This document shows positions 8,861-18,564 of a stretch of DNA of 64,000 bases, in pieces. Source of the stretch: Roseibacillus sp. (GTDB lineage: Bacteria; Verrucomicrobiota; Verrucomicrobiia; Verrucomicrobiales; Akkermansiaceae); contig JBPOGI010000002.1 in assembly GCA_051251855.1 (NCBI GenBank), positions 448,001 to 512,000 on the forward strand. The letters run 5' to 3'. The notes below the pieces were generated by a model. That model was not told the DNA's origin and searched no databases. It was given only the letters and a program-made list of their open reading frames with translations. The position numbers and the translations under genes are program-made. Within the stretch, counting starts at the first letter, position 1; every line of letters starts with the position of its first letter.

Positions 8861-11800
8861 CTACTTTCCCGATGTCATCGTGACTTCGAGGCGGAGGAAT
8901 TCTCGCTCGCCGAGATCGGTCTCTACTGTCACCCACTCAAAGTCATTATCGATGGCGGTGGTTCCTACTTCAATGAGCCCGAGGGTGTCCCACGAACTGA
9001 GGTCGTTGCAGTTGGTGACAAGGTAGTTGAGGCCGCGTTCCTCAGCATCGAGCCGGCGACGGTAGCTGAACTGAAACTTCCCCTCGTTTTCCAGCAGTTC
9101 GCAGCTGGTTAGAATCGCTACTTCGCTAGGATTTACAGCGTCCCCTCCAAGGGCGTATTCGAGGAGATTTGGAAAGGTGTCGTTGTCGGGATTGCCCGTC
9201 CAGGAGCTATCGAAGGAGGAGAGACCTTGGTCTTCGGCCCAATTGAGATAGGCGAAGGTGGAGCCTTGGTAGAGGTCGTTCGCTTGGGTGAGGGTCAAAG
9301 CCTTGTCGTAAAGCACGATATTATCGAGCGAGCCCTCATAGGTGACGGTGCCGCCATCGCTCCCGAGAAAGACGGTGGCGATTGGGGAAAGGGATTTGGT
9401 CTTGCCGGTGCCGGAGTGCCAGAGGGCGCCATTGAGGTAGATTTCCATGCTGCCAGCGGTTGCGTTCTTGGTGAAGACCCAGTGATTCCACACGCCAGAG
9501 TAATTAGCTGCGGTGGATTGTTTATTGATGCGGTCGTATCCCGAACTGTCTCCTGCATCCCAGTAGATTTGTCCATTTCCCCAAGGGAGATGAATGTTGA
9601 GGAGGCGGTTACCTGTGCTGTTGGTGGCTCGAAGAACGCAGGTGTCATAAGGAAGGCTAGCACCGCCGCGGGCCCAGAAGGAGATCGAGATTTCATCAGA
9701 GATGCCGCTAAAGGCTGAGGCCGCGAGGGTCGTATTGGAGGTGGTGCCATCGAAGGAAAGGCCGGTTCCGCCATCCGCCCCTGTGGACCAGAGAGGGTTG
9801 CTTACAGGTGCGCTTCCAAGGGAACCGTGATGTCCGTTGCCCGAGGCGTCTGTGAGGATGGCGCCAGTGCTATCTTCGAGGAACCAACAGGCGATCGGAG
9901 TGGGAGCGACTTCGACGGGGATGATGGTCTCGCTATTGAGAAAGACCTCGGTGAGGTTGTTCCAATCGTCGACGGTGCTGCCTTGCCCAGTGACGCGAAT
10001 GAAGCGGGCTTCGATGGGAGGGAAGGCGTATTCTTCGAGGTCATTGGTGGTGCCGCTACTCGCTCCGGAATAGACGGTGGCGAAGGGGCCCATGGGATGG
10101 TCGGAGACTCCGATTTCGAAGCCATAAGAGCGGGAGGTTCCGCTGTGCCAGGCAAGTGCGACGCTGTTGACGCGCTCGCTGTTGAGGAGGTCATATTGAA
10201 TCCATTGCCCCGCGCCTTCGGCAGACCAGCGGGTGCTCAGGTCTCCATCGAGAGTGTTTTGGGAGGTGAAGTTAGAGCCTGCTTCTGACTTGGATTTCAC
10301 CATCGCAAAGCGGTCTTTGAGGTCGAGGTCGAAGTCGATAATTTGGATTTTGTTGTCGAAGGAGTTTCCTTGGCCGACCACTCGTAGATAGCGCGAGTTT
10401 TGAGTGTGAAAGTTGTAGTCTTCAAAGTCGAGAGTGCCATAGCTGGTGCCTGCGTAGACTGTGGTCCAGGGGCCGGACGAGTTGTTGGAGACTTGAATCT
10501 CGAAGTCATAGATACGCGAGGTCCCGTCGAGCCATTGGATAGAGGCTTGATAGAGGTTCCGCGAGGTTCCGAGGTCATAGCGAATCCATTCGCCGATCCC
10601 ATCCGCAGACCACGAGGTAGAGGCATTGGCATCGAGGGTGTCGGCGGCCGAGCCTGCGGAGGTAGAAGAGGCTGAGGCGGAGGAGGAGTTCTGGGTGGAA
10701 ACGCTGTTACCCGAGCCCGTGTTGGTGACTGGTCCGAAACTGCTCACGTTATTGCCGCTGGCATTGCTAGAGAGGTTGACGGGTTGGTCGGTCCAGTTGG
10801 TGAGGCTGCTGTTGGTGAGGTTGAAGGTTGTGCTACCATCGAAATAGCGCAGGCCGGTTTTCAGTCCGCCCATCTGGATGGTTTGGCTGATAGGGGTGGG
10901 TTGTAGGGAAGAGTTCCACAAGGTGATGTCGTGGTTGTTTCCTGCGAAGTAGGTTAGGAGGTCGTTTCCGTAGATCGGAGTCTCTTGGAGGAGGGTGATG
11001 GAGAAGTCTTGATTGCTGTCGTTCTGGTAGGGGTTGTCTACCATGGACTGGTTAGGCGCTTCTCCTTGGCTGTGGTCAACGCTGTCGCCATTGCCTGGCC
11101 AAAACCCGGCTTCTACATTGATGGTCGTGCAGCCATAAATTTCGTTGGCTCCATCTGAAAAGCCAATGACGACACCGGTGCGCATGTTTTCAACCGTGCA
11201 ATTGCGGACCGTGGTGTTGGCGGTGGAGAGGCCGTTGGCTCCACTGTTATAGCACCTGATGCCATCTTCTTGTCGGGAAAAGGCGTAGCCAGGTGGCACA
11301 GTCCAACCCCAGACCGTCATAAAGTCTACCAAGTCTGCCTCCGAACCTGTTCCTGCCTCGGCGAGGATGTTGTCGGTGGTGTTGAATTCATCGCCTTTCA
11401 CGTAGCAGCCTTCCACTAGAGTGCCGATGGCCCCTTGCATGAAGATGCCATGCCCGTAGCTAGCGAGTTCGAGATAGCAATTGAGGAGGTGGCAGTTGGC
11501 CCCGTTGACGAGGAGAGCAGCATGCTTGTCGTGCCCGATGACTGAGCCGGACCCTTTTCCGAACAAGTCTCCGTATCCATAAGGGCGAGAGCCTCGGGTG
11601 TAGAGACTGAATTCTTCCACTTTGTTGGCGTCACCGACTACCGCCATGTTGAGCACGCCGACTGAGTTGATGGGCTCGTCTCCGAGGTCCTTCTGGGTCA
11701 TGCCGTAGTAGTGGTTGTTGCTGCCATTAAACTCGAAGACGCGCACTTCTTGGCCAGGCCATTCGTTGTAAAGATTGGTATGAATATTGAAAAGGACTCC

Positions 11801-13507
11801 AGTGAAGTCGTAGCTGGAGTTCGAGCCGCAAAAGTCAAAGAGAGTAGGCAGGGGGAGGAGGCCCGAGTCCTGATCGGTCTCGTCGATATCATAAGTGCCG
11901 GGCGTCATCTTGACGTTGACGTTGTCCTTTCCGATCTGGGCAAGGAGTTCGATGATGGAGCTCACGATGATTTGAGAACCCGCGGTTTCGATATCGATTT
12001 GGTCTTGGATAGCTGCGTTTTGCCCGTTGTTGAAAGTGATGTCGTCGACATCGAGCTGGAGTTTGATGCTGGCGCTGGCTGGGATGGCGAGTCCGTCAAG
12101 AGTGAGGGTGCTGAAGGTGGTCCAGCTTCCTGTGGGAGGAAAGTAGACGGTGCCGACATCGGTATTGTTCTGATAAAGGCTGAGGCGGGTGGTGGATGCT
12201 CCATTGGCGTAGGTGATTTTGAGGGTGTCGCTGGAAGGGAGGTTTGAGTAGGTCACCGAATCGCCGGCAGTGTTGAATCCGTCGAGGGCTTGCCCATTGA
12301 AGGCGGCGGTAGTGCTCGTCGTGGTCACTCCTGAATAGGTGGCGCTCTCGGCTTGATAAGGACTCGCGGCGGGCATGCCCTGAATGATTTGAAAGCCATT
12401 CAGCTTATCATTGGAGTCGATGGCAATGCGCCCAGCGATGTCGGCAGTGGCGGTAAAGGTCTGATAGTTGACCCCGAGGCTGAAGAAGTCGGGATTGCCG
12501 GAGTTCGAGACCGACTTTGTGACGCCGTTAATGGTGATGGTAGAGCCTTGGCCAGACTGGTCGCCGGCAGCGTAGACATAAAGGGTGTAGCTACCTCCGG
12601 GGTTCAGCCCTCTGATGAGCGAGGTGGTATCATTGTAGAAGTAATCGCTGAGGAGATGATTGGTTTTTCCTGAATCGACGAATCCGCTTCCGCCAGCAAT
12701 GTCGACGTTGAGCGGTGTGGTCGTGATACCGTCAGAAGCGATGAGGCCTTTGAGAGCGCGATTGTCGGTGGTGAAGGTGTTGTTCCAATAGTCGTTTCCA
12801 GTATCGGGGTGAGCTCCTTGTCCCGTGTAAGGAGTGGTCGAGCTGTCGCCCCCACCGAGGTCGACATTCACGACATACTCCTGCTGCGAGGCATCCAATT
12901 CGAGCTCGATGATTTGCAGTCCATTGAGGACCGAGAAGCTGCTGCCGTTTCGTGCCATCGTACCCGTGAGGTTTCCACTACTGTCCGCAGTGGCCGCAAT
13001 CGCCACAAAGTTAGCGCCCTCTGCGATGGTGCCATTCAGCAGCCCGCTAGTGGATTTTGATTGCCCGCTGAAGGTGACCGTTGATTTTTGAGAGAGACTG
13101 TCGCCTTGGCCATAGAGATAGATCAGATAGTTGCCGTTTGAAGTGAGTCCCGAGATGTCGACCGTGGTATCGCCGTTTCTCAGATAGGAGTAGTCGCCCA
13201 CGAGTTCGCTATGGGACTGACCCGCAGGCACGTTACCTCCAGTGGCATTGAAGCGACTATTGGCGGATAGAGTCACGTCGATGGTTGTCGCTGTAGTGCC
13301 ATCGGAAGCAACGAGGTCAGTCATCGTCGTTTCTGAGCTGTTCCAAAAGTTATTCCCAGGGTCGGAGTAGCCACCTTGGCCGGAAAAGGTATTGGAGGCA
13401 TCGAGTTCGACATCGAGATTCACCACGAGGGCTTGGATGAAGCTGAGAGACAGGCCAAAAAAGAAGCAGGTAGCCTGAAAAGGAGAGGGGTTTTTGGGTT
13501 TGGGCAT
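8861..13507 (-). CDS. Large secreted modular carbohydrate-active protein (duplicated N-terminal module, CBM6/35-like domain, parallel beta-helix, two F5/8-C discoidin domains, LamG domain, C-terminal module)
   Basis: Signal peptide; YQAESA...PTGSWTTF CBM-like segment; beta-helix region; TLDGDLSTRWSAEG..QWIQYDL discoidin; WNHWVFTKN...YLNG...GSLDNIVLY LamG. Confidence 0.85.
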   Translation of the reverse strand: MPKPKNPSPFQATCFFFGLSLSFIQALVVNLDVELDASNTFSGQGGYSDPGNNFWNSSETTMTDLVASDGTTATTIDVTLSANSRFNATGGNVPAGQSHSELVGDYSYLRNGDTTVDISGLTSNGNYLIYLYGQGDSLSQKSTVTFSGQSKSTSGLLNGTIAEGANFVAIAATADSSGNLTGTMARNGSSFSVLNGLQIIELELDASQQEYVVNVDLGGGDSSTTPYTGQGAHPDTGNDYWNNTFTTDNRALKGLIASDGITTTPLNVDIAGGSGFVDSGKTNHLLSDYFYNDTTSLIRGLNPGGSYTLYVYAAGDQSGQGSTITINGVTKSVSNSGNPDFFSLGVNYQTFTATADIAGRIAIDSNDKLNGFQIIQGMPAASPYQAESATYSGVTTTSTTAAFNGQALDGFNTAGDSVTYSNLPSSDTLKITYANGASTTRLSLYQNNTDVGTVYFPPTGSWTTFSTLTLDGLAIPASASIKLQLDVDDITFNNGQNAAIQDQIDIETAGSQIIVSSIIELLAQIGKDNVNVKMTPGTYDIDETDQDSGLLPLPTLFDFCGSNSSYDFTGVLFNIHTNLYNEWPGQEVRVFEFNGSNNHYYGMTQKDLGDEPINSVGVLNMAVVGDANKVEEFSLYTRGSRPYGYGDLFGKGSGSVIGHDKHAALLVNGANCHLLNCYLELASYGHGIFMQGAIGTLVEGCYVKGDEFNTTDNILAEAGTGSEADLVDFMTVWGWTVPPGYAFSRQEDGIRCYNSGANGLSTANTTVRNCTVENMRTGVVIGFSDGANEIYGCTTINVEAGFWPGNGDSVDHSQGEAPNQSMVDNPYQNDSNQDFSITLLQETPIYGNDLLTYFAGNNHDITLWNSSLQPTPISQTIQMGGLKTGLRYFDGSTTFNLTNSSLTNWTDQPVNLSSNASGNNVSSFGPVTNTGSGNSVSTQNSSSASASSTSAGSAADTLDANASTSWSADGIGEWIRYDLGTSRNLYQASIQWLDGTSRIYDFEIQVSNNSSGPWTTVYAGTSYGTLDFEDYNFHTQNSRYLRVVGQGNSFDNKIQIIDFDLDLKDRFAMVKSKSEAGSNFTSQNTLDGDLSTRWSAEGAGQWIQYDLLNSERVNSVALAWHSGTSRSYGFEIGVSDHPMGPFATVYSGASSGTTNDLEEYAFPPIEARFIRVTGQGSTVDDWNNLTEVFLNSETIIPVEVAPTPIACWFLEDSTGAILTDASGNGHHGSLGSAPVSNPLWSTGADGGTGLSFDGTTSNTTLAASAFSGISDEISISFWARGGASLPYDTCVLRATNSTGNRLLNIHLPWGNGQIYWDAGDSSGYDRINKQSTAANYSGVWNHWVFTKNATAGSMEIYLNGALWHSGTGKTKSLSPIATVFLGSDGGTVTYEGSLDNIVLYDKALTLTQANDLYQGSTFAYLNWAEDQGLSSFDSSWTGNPDNDTFPNLLEYALGGDAVNPSEVAILTSCELLENEGKFQFSYRRRLDAEERGLNYLVTNCNDLSSWDTLGLIEVGTTAIDNDFEWVTVETDLGEREFLRLEVTMTSGK

Positions 13508-13699
13508 CCTTGGGGTTGGAGTGGGTTCAGTAATACTTTGTAAATACTAATTCGTGTTGGCCAAGTCTGCCATCTCAAATTCTTCACCAATTTCGTCGAA
13601 AAGGGGGCTCACTAGTTGGAAAGGAGCTTGGGGTGGTGACTCCTGTTGATGAAATCCGTTCTCTCTGTTATCCAATGGAGAGAGTTTCCCCTCAAAAAT

Positions 13700-14428
13700 A
13701 TGACTAGATTCAGAAGCCTAGGACAGGAATTATTGGAGAAAGAAGACGGAGAAGTTTCAGCTGCGATCTTGCCTTTCGACCAAGTGAATGTAGCTACCGC
13801 CTTCGAGACGGCCACCTTTGGGATGGGATGATTCTGGGGGCCGGATTCCGAGTTCGGAAGCCTTCCTGGAGTTTTACGCACACGCGCTGGTTATTGTGGT
13901 GGCGAGAAAGTGAAGCCGACCTATCGCTCGATGGGGGATCATACCGAAGCAGTTTCGATTGATTACGATCCGATGGTGATGAGCTATCTTGATTTACTGA
14001 AAGAGTTTTGGGCGGGGCATCGCTGTGATTCGCTGAATCGGAGCACGCAATATATGAATGCCGTTTTCTATCGTGATGAATCTCAGAAGCAGGCGGCGTT
14101 GGAGTCGTTGGATCGGGAGGCGCATCGTTTGGGGTTAGCAAGCGCGCGGGTGGCGACCAAGGTGGTGCCGGTGAATCACTTTACCTATGCTGAAGGGTAT
14201 CATCAGAAGTATGCGCTCTCGAGGACGAGCGAGTCGCGGCTTTTTCTGGAGAGTGTTTATTCGACAGCCAAAGAGTTGGCCGACTCCACGGTAGCAACGC
14301 GGCTCAATGCTTACTTGGGAAGTGGGATGGAAAGAGACTGGGGGGCTTTCGCGACTGAGTTGCCTGAGTATGGGTTGCCCGAGGCGCTGGAGAAGAGGCT
14401 TTGTGAGCTGGCAAAAGAGCGGGTGTAA
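13700..14428 (+). CDS. msrA: Peptide-methionine (S)-S-oxide reductase MsrA, predicted selenoprotein (in-frame TGA 13829-13831)
   Basis: ORFs 13646..13831 and 13910..14428 are in one frame: ATFGMG-TGA-FWGPDSEFGSLPGVLRTRAGYCGG..PTY...DHTEAV..DYDP...FTYAEGYHQKY. TGA occupies the catalytic Cys of GCFWG. Confidence 0.9.
13832..13871 (+). promoter_or_regulatory. Bacterial SECIS-like hairpin of msrA
   Basis: TTCCG-AGTT-CGGAA upper stem with GU-containing loop 19 nt after the TGA; lower GGC/GCC and TTCTGGG/CCTGGAG pairing. Confidence 0.7.
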
Positions 14429-14552
14429 GGTGTTTCAGGGAGAGTTTCAATTCTTCATCAATGGTGTTCTTTATTGTTTGCTTATCGCAGCAAGGAAGGA
14501 ATAAGAAGGATTAGTGCCCATCAATTTAGTCTCTTTATTTCAATCGTCTTAC

Positions 14553-16424
14553 ATGCTTCTCTGCGGGGCCTTTGTGCTGGGGCTTTCGTGTTCTTCCGTC
14601 TTCGGTGAAGCGCGGGTTTTTCACAGCAGCGATGGTGTCGAGTTGGAGGCCGTTTTCAAGGGGACAGACGGCAAGGCTGCGACGCTGGAGCGCGCGTCGG
14701 ACGGCAAGGTCTTCGCGGTTCCGCTTGAGCGTCTGAGTAAAGAGGATCAGCGATGGATCCGAGATTGGGAAGAACGGCGGCGACCCGATGAGCCTATGCC
14801 GGCCGTGGTGCATCCCCTTGGCTGGACGCAGCTGACCATTCATGATCTTTCCCGGCAAGCGACCTGTAGCTTCGTCGGTGTCCAGAGCGCGAATGCGTCG
14901 AGTTATGCCTATACTGCAAATTTGTATCTGCCCAAGGGAGTTTGGCTTAGTCTGGGAGGTGACCAGATGAAGGGTGCTTCTGATTCCTTAGTTCTTTTTG
15001 ACGGAGAGAGAGATTGGTTCGTAGAGCAAGGAGAACGGGAACTCCGGCTCAAGACTGCGCCGGAGGGAGTGGCGCGAGTGGTGGGAATCAGTTGGGGAAA
15101 TCGAACGACCCCCGAGCAAAAGGAGCGAGCGGTGGAGGCGATTGAGCTGGGAGCTTGCGTGGAAATCTACAGTGAGGATCTTCCTGAAATGGTGGCCCAG
15201 AAATTGAAGCCGATCGCGATGGTTTTAAATCAACGATCAGAAGCGGTTGATTGGAAATCTCTCCCGAAAAGTCTGCGCGCCTTGCACCTGAATGCTAGCA
15301 ATCCTGAGGTGAGTCTCGCGGGCATCGAGCAGCTTGAAAATCTGGAGTATTTTAAATTCTGGGGTGGATCCCTCAAGGGCTTGCCCACGCTTTCCGAGTT
15401 GCCCGAATTGAGGTCTTTGGCAGTCGGCGGCATCTTGAGCTTGGAAGAAATTAAGAGCTTGGGGACGTTGACGGGTCTGCGGCATCTGGCGGTGAGCGAA
15501 CGAACAAAAGAGAATTTGCCTGCCGATACTTTCAATTGTTTGGGTCAACTCAAGGAGCTGGAAACGTTTTCGATGGGTTCCCACTGGATTCACGATAAAT
15601 ACATCAGTCCCGATAGAACTCTAGAAAATAGTCCTAGGCTGACCACTTTCGAATTTAATACCAAATTTTTTGGGGAGGGGCGGTTCTTAGAACATCTTCC
15701 AAAACTCTTTTCGGTGGAATTGCTCAATCAGCGCATAGACGCCCCTTTCATTGAGAGGTTGATGCAGGAGGGGCACTTCAAGCATTTGCAGAAGTTGGAA
15801 ACGAGGAGCTCGTTACCCGTTGGCGATTTACCGCAACTACAAGAACTAACAATAGCCTGCCTTCCTGGAGCTGATTTTCGCTCGGTGGGAAGTCTTCCTC
15901 AACTGCGAACGCTTCAGCTGCAATTTGCGACCACAGAGCATCTTGCATATTTGTTAGAGCATCCCAATCTCAGTGGGGTGGAGTCACTCTCTCTTCTGGT
16001 TGCGGAGGAGACTCAGCTTGAGGCCTTGGCGGCAATGCCAAATTTAAGAAGGTTACAGCTTGAGCTGGGAAAGAGGGAAAGCCTCGACCTCTCATTATTC
16101 AAAGGGTTGAAAGCGGTCGAGTTGTTCCGGGGAAAGCAACTCAAGAAGTTGACCCTTCCTCCACAGCTGCAAGAATTGGGGGTAAGAAATATGGATGCCC
16201 TTGATTTTTCCGAGGCTACGCCTTTGCCTTATCTGCGTCGTCTAACGGCGGATCGCTGTCAGGGGCTTCTTTCGCTAGACGGATTAGGTGCTTGCCCCGA
16301 ACTTACTGATTTGAGACTGCAATACTGCCCCGAGCTTCGTTCGACTTCGGGGCTGGATGAGGTGAAGAGTTTGGAGCGTTGTTCTATTAGGGGGTGTGGA
16401 GAGGTTGCGAATCAGAACCGCTAA
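14553..16424 (+). CDS. Secreted SHD1-domain leucine-rich-repeat protein
   Basis: Signal peptide; RVFHSSDGVELEAVF...VPLERLSKEDQRWI SHD1 motif; LxxLxxLxL repeats to the C-terminus; start uncertain (14514 or 14553). Confidence 0.8.
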   Translation: MLLCGAFVLGLSCSSVFGEARVFHSSDGVELEAVFKGTDGKAATLERASDGKVFAVPLERLSKEDQRWIRDWEERRRPDEPMPAVVHPLGWTQLTIHDLSRQATCSFVGVQSANASSYAYTANLYLPKGVWLSLGGDQMKGASDSLVLFDGERDWFVEQGERELRLKTAPEGVARVVGISWGNRTTPEQKERAVEAIELGACVEIYSEDLPEMVAQKLKPIAMVLNQRSEAVDWKSLPKSLRALHLNASNPEVSLAGIEQLENLEYFKFWGGSLKGLPTLSELPELRSLAVGGILSLEEIKSLGTLTGLRHLAVSERTKENLPADTFNCLGQLKELETFSMGSHWIHDKYISPDRTLENSPRLTTFEFNTKFFGEGRFLEHLPKLFSVELLNQRIDAPFIERLMQEGHFKHLQKLETRSSLPVGDLPQLQELTIACLPGADFRSVGSLPQLRTLQLQFATTEHLAYLLEHPNLSGVESLSLLVAEETQLEALAAMPNLRRLQLELGKRESLDLSLFKGLKAVELFRGKQLKKLTLPPQLQELGVRNMDALDFSEATPLPYLRRLTADRCQGLLSLDGLGACPELTDLRLQYCPELRSTSGLDEVKSLERCSIRGCGEVANQNR

Positions 16425-16689
16425 ATAGGTTCGCCAACTGGCAAGATTCGCCTTCGGTTTATGAGGTTTTTAGGATGGTTAGAGAAGATTCAGGGAAACG
16501 GTTATGGAGAGTTGAGTTGTTGGAGGAACGGTTGTGAGAGTTATTGTTAAGTGGATCCTCTGTTGGGACAAAAGAACTTCCGCGAGGACTGCTTCCACGC
16601 TCACTGTGCGTAGGTCTATGCTGCCGCTTGCACTCTTTGGTGTGAGGTCTATTCTCTGAGGGAGAGATTGGAGCTCGCGACTATCCTTT

Positions 16690-17337
16690 ATGAAAGACAA
16701 CTCACAAGAACTTGCTAAGCCGGCTGTTTCTCCGGTAACGGTGCATCGACAGAGTTTTCAGACGGGGGTCTTTGAGTTCGTGCCTTTGCCCTTTGTGGAT
16801 GATTGGCTGATTGTTCGGGAGCGGCGTTTGTTGGTGGAGAAGATTTTGAAGGGAAGGGGTGTTTCTTTTGAGAAAGGGGTGCCCAAGTTGCTGGCGGATG
16901 GAGGCAAGAAGACACTCATGGGGAGGATGGGTGGTTTGGTAAAAGCGCTTGTTCTGAAGCCGCTGCGCAAGGTGTTGCGGACGTTTCTGTTTTGGCTCGC
17001 GATTCGGCGGGCGGTTCTCAATGTGATCGAGACCTACTTCCTCGCGCGTTTCGTCAATTTGGCAGAGGTTGATTCTGATTCCGGCCCTATCACGGCAGCT
17101 CAGGCGGCGGCTTGGGGAAAGTTGTTCATGCAAGTCGTTGCTAAGTCAGATCAGCGTTTTGCAAGAGAGGGGACTCGGCGGTTGTGGAAGCTGATGAAGC
17201 AGAAAAAGAAGGCTCAAAGTGAGAGGCTTTCTCGCGAAGAGGTGGAGGCTGAGTTGGAGAAAGAGGCGCCGGGGATTTTGGCGGACTTTGACCAGAGGGC
17301 ACGTGAGGGGCTGAAGGCTGTTTCACTTTTGGCGTGA
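16690..17337 (+). CDS. Hypothetical protein
   Basis: 215-aa ATG ORF with VPLPFVDDW motif; overlaps the 3' end of the convergent regulator. Confidence 0.65.
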   Translation: MKDNSQELAKPAVSPVTVHRQSFQTGVFEFVPLPFVDDWLIVRERRLLVEKILKGRGVSFEKGVPKLLADGGKKTLMGRMGGLVKALVLKPLRKVLRTFLFWLAIRRAVLNVIETYFLARFVNLAEVDSDSGPITAAQAAAWGKLFMQVVAKSDQRFAREGTRRLWKLMKQKKKAQSERLSREEVEAELEKEAPGILADFDQRAREGLKAVSLLA

Positions 17338-18414
17338 GGTGGATTCGCGCACGATGAGTTGGCCTTGAAGGGTGATGCGTTGGATGGGGGTGTCGGGATA
17401 CTTGATGCGGTGCATCATCAGTTCGGCGGCGACACGACCAATGTCGCGGCAGGGTTGTTGATAGGTGGTGAGGGGAACACTGAGGAGGGAGGCGTATTCG
17501 ACGTCATCGAATCCTGAGACTTTCACTTTCCCTGGAATGTCGGCTCCTCGGTCAATAAGGCCGCGCAGGATGGGGCCAGCGGTGACGTCGTTGGCGCAGA
17601 TGATACCGTCGGCTCCGCTTTCGAAGAGTTCGCTGGCCGCCTTTCCTGGTTCGTCGCTGGGGTCGATGACCGTGAGTAGGCTGCTCGCCTGCAAACCGTG
17701 TTGAGTGAGGGCTTCACGACAGCCCATACGGCGAAGCTGCACCGTGACTGCTGGGTTCTCGCGGGTGACGAAGACGAGGCGTTTGCATCCTTGGCTGAGC
17801 AAGTGGCTGGCGATGGTGTAGCCGGCTTCGATGTTGTCGATGCTGACGAGATCGTTATGAGTTTGGCGTGGCCAGCGGTGAATGTCGCGGTCGATGAGGA
17901 CCACTCGGATGTTCTCTTTGGTCAGTCTTTCGATCACTCCATCGTTGAACTCCGAAGGGCTGTCGAGGTGCTCGGTGGGAGCGAAAAAGACGCCGCGCAC
18001 CCGGGCTTCGATCAGTTGGTCGGCGAGCGAGTTGGTTCGCTTTTTGAGATCGGCGCCAAAGTCTAATTCGGAAGGAAGAATGACCCGCATGCCTCCCATT
18101 CCTGAGGTCTCGGCGATGGCGGCGGAGATGGGCTTGAAAATTTCGATTTCGGAAAGCTGTGGAATGAGCAGTCCCGCGAGAAGGGCGGACTTCCGCGGAG
18201 CAAGAACCTGGGTGCCGAACCCTGCCTTTCTCACCACCAGCTTCTCATCGCTTAAGAGCTTGAGCGCTCGCGCGATAGTGGGTCGGGAGGTTTGGTATTT
18301 TTTACACAATTCTGCCTCGGTGGGGAGGAAATCGCCGGGCGAAAAGCTCTGATCATGGATCTGATGCTGGATTTCTTTGTAGATTTGCAAATACCTTGGC
18401 TGAGCTTCGTTCAC
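17323..18414 (-). CDS. GntR-HTH / LacI-type sensor transcriptional regulator (AraR-like)
   Basis: LPTEAELCKKYQTSRPTIARAL wHTH followed by periplasmic-binding-like domain (DNIEAG, CAND, GFDD, PLTT). Confidence 0.9.
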   Translation of the reverse strand: MNEAQPRYLQIYKEIQHQIHDQSFSPGDFLPTEAELCKKYQTSRPTIARALKLLSDEKLVVRKAGFGTQVLAPRKSALLAGLLIPQLSEIEIFKPISAAIAETSGMGGMRVILPSELDFGADLKKRTNSLADQLIEARVRGVFFAPTEHLDSPSEFNDGVIERLTKENIRVVLIDRDIHRWPRQTHNDLVSIDNIEAGYTIASHLLSQGCKRLVFVTRENPAVTVQLRRMGCREALTQHGLQASSLLTVIDPSDEPGKAASELFESGADGIICANDVTAGPILRGLIDRGADIPGKVKVSGFDDVEYASLLSVPLTTYQQPCRDIGRVAAELMMHRIKYPDTPIQRITLQGQLIVRESTSRQK

Positions 18415-18453
18415 GGATGAAATGTAATTAAAATGAAAAGTTTTATCAAGGTG

Positions 18454-18477
18454 TTTGTAACGTCAATTGTTTACAAA
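18454..18477. promoter_or_regulatory. Palindromic candidate operator between regulator and sugar operon
   Basis: TTTGTAA-N10-TTACAAA in the divergent intergenic region. Confidence 0.5.
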
Positions 18478-18564
18478 TGATTCCTGCCTGAGTATCAATT
18501 CTGTGGCGAGCGGCGAATGGGTTGTTGAACCCGAAGTCAGCCGATAGCCGGAAAGTTGAACTAG

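Noticed and set aside
16479..16700. 73-aa minus-strand ORF in the LRR-gene spacer
   Set aside because: No recognisable motifs, and it overlaps the start of the better-supported plus-strand gene.
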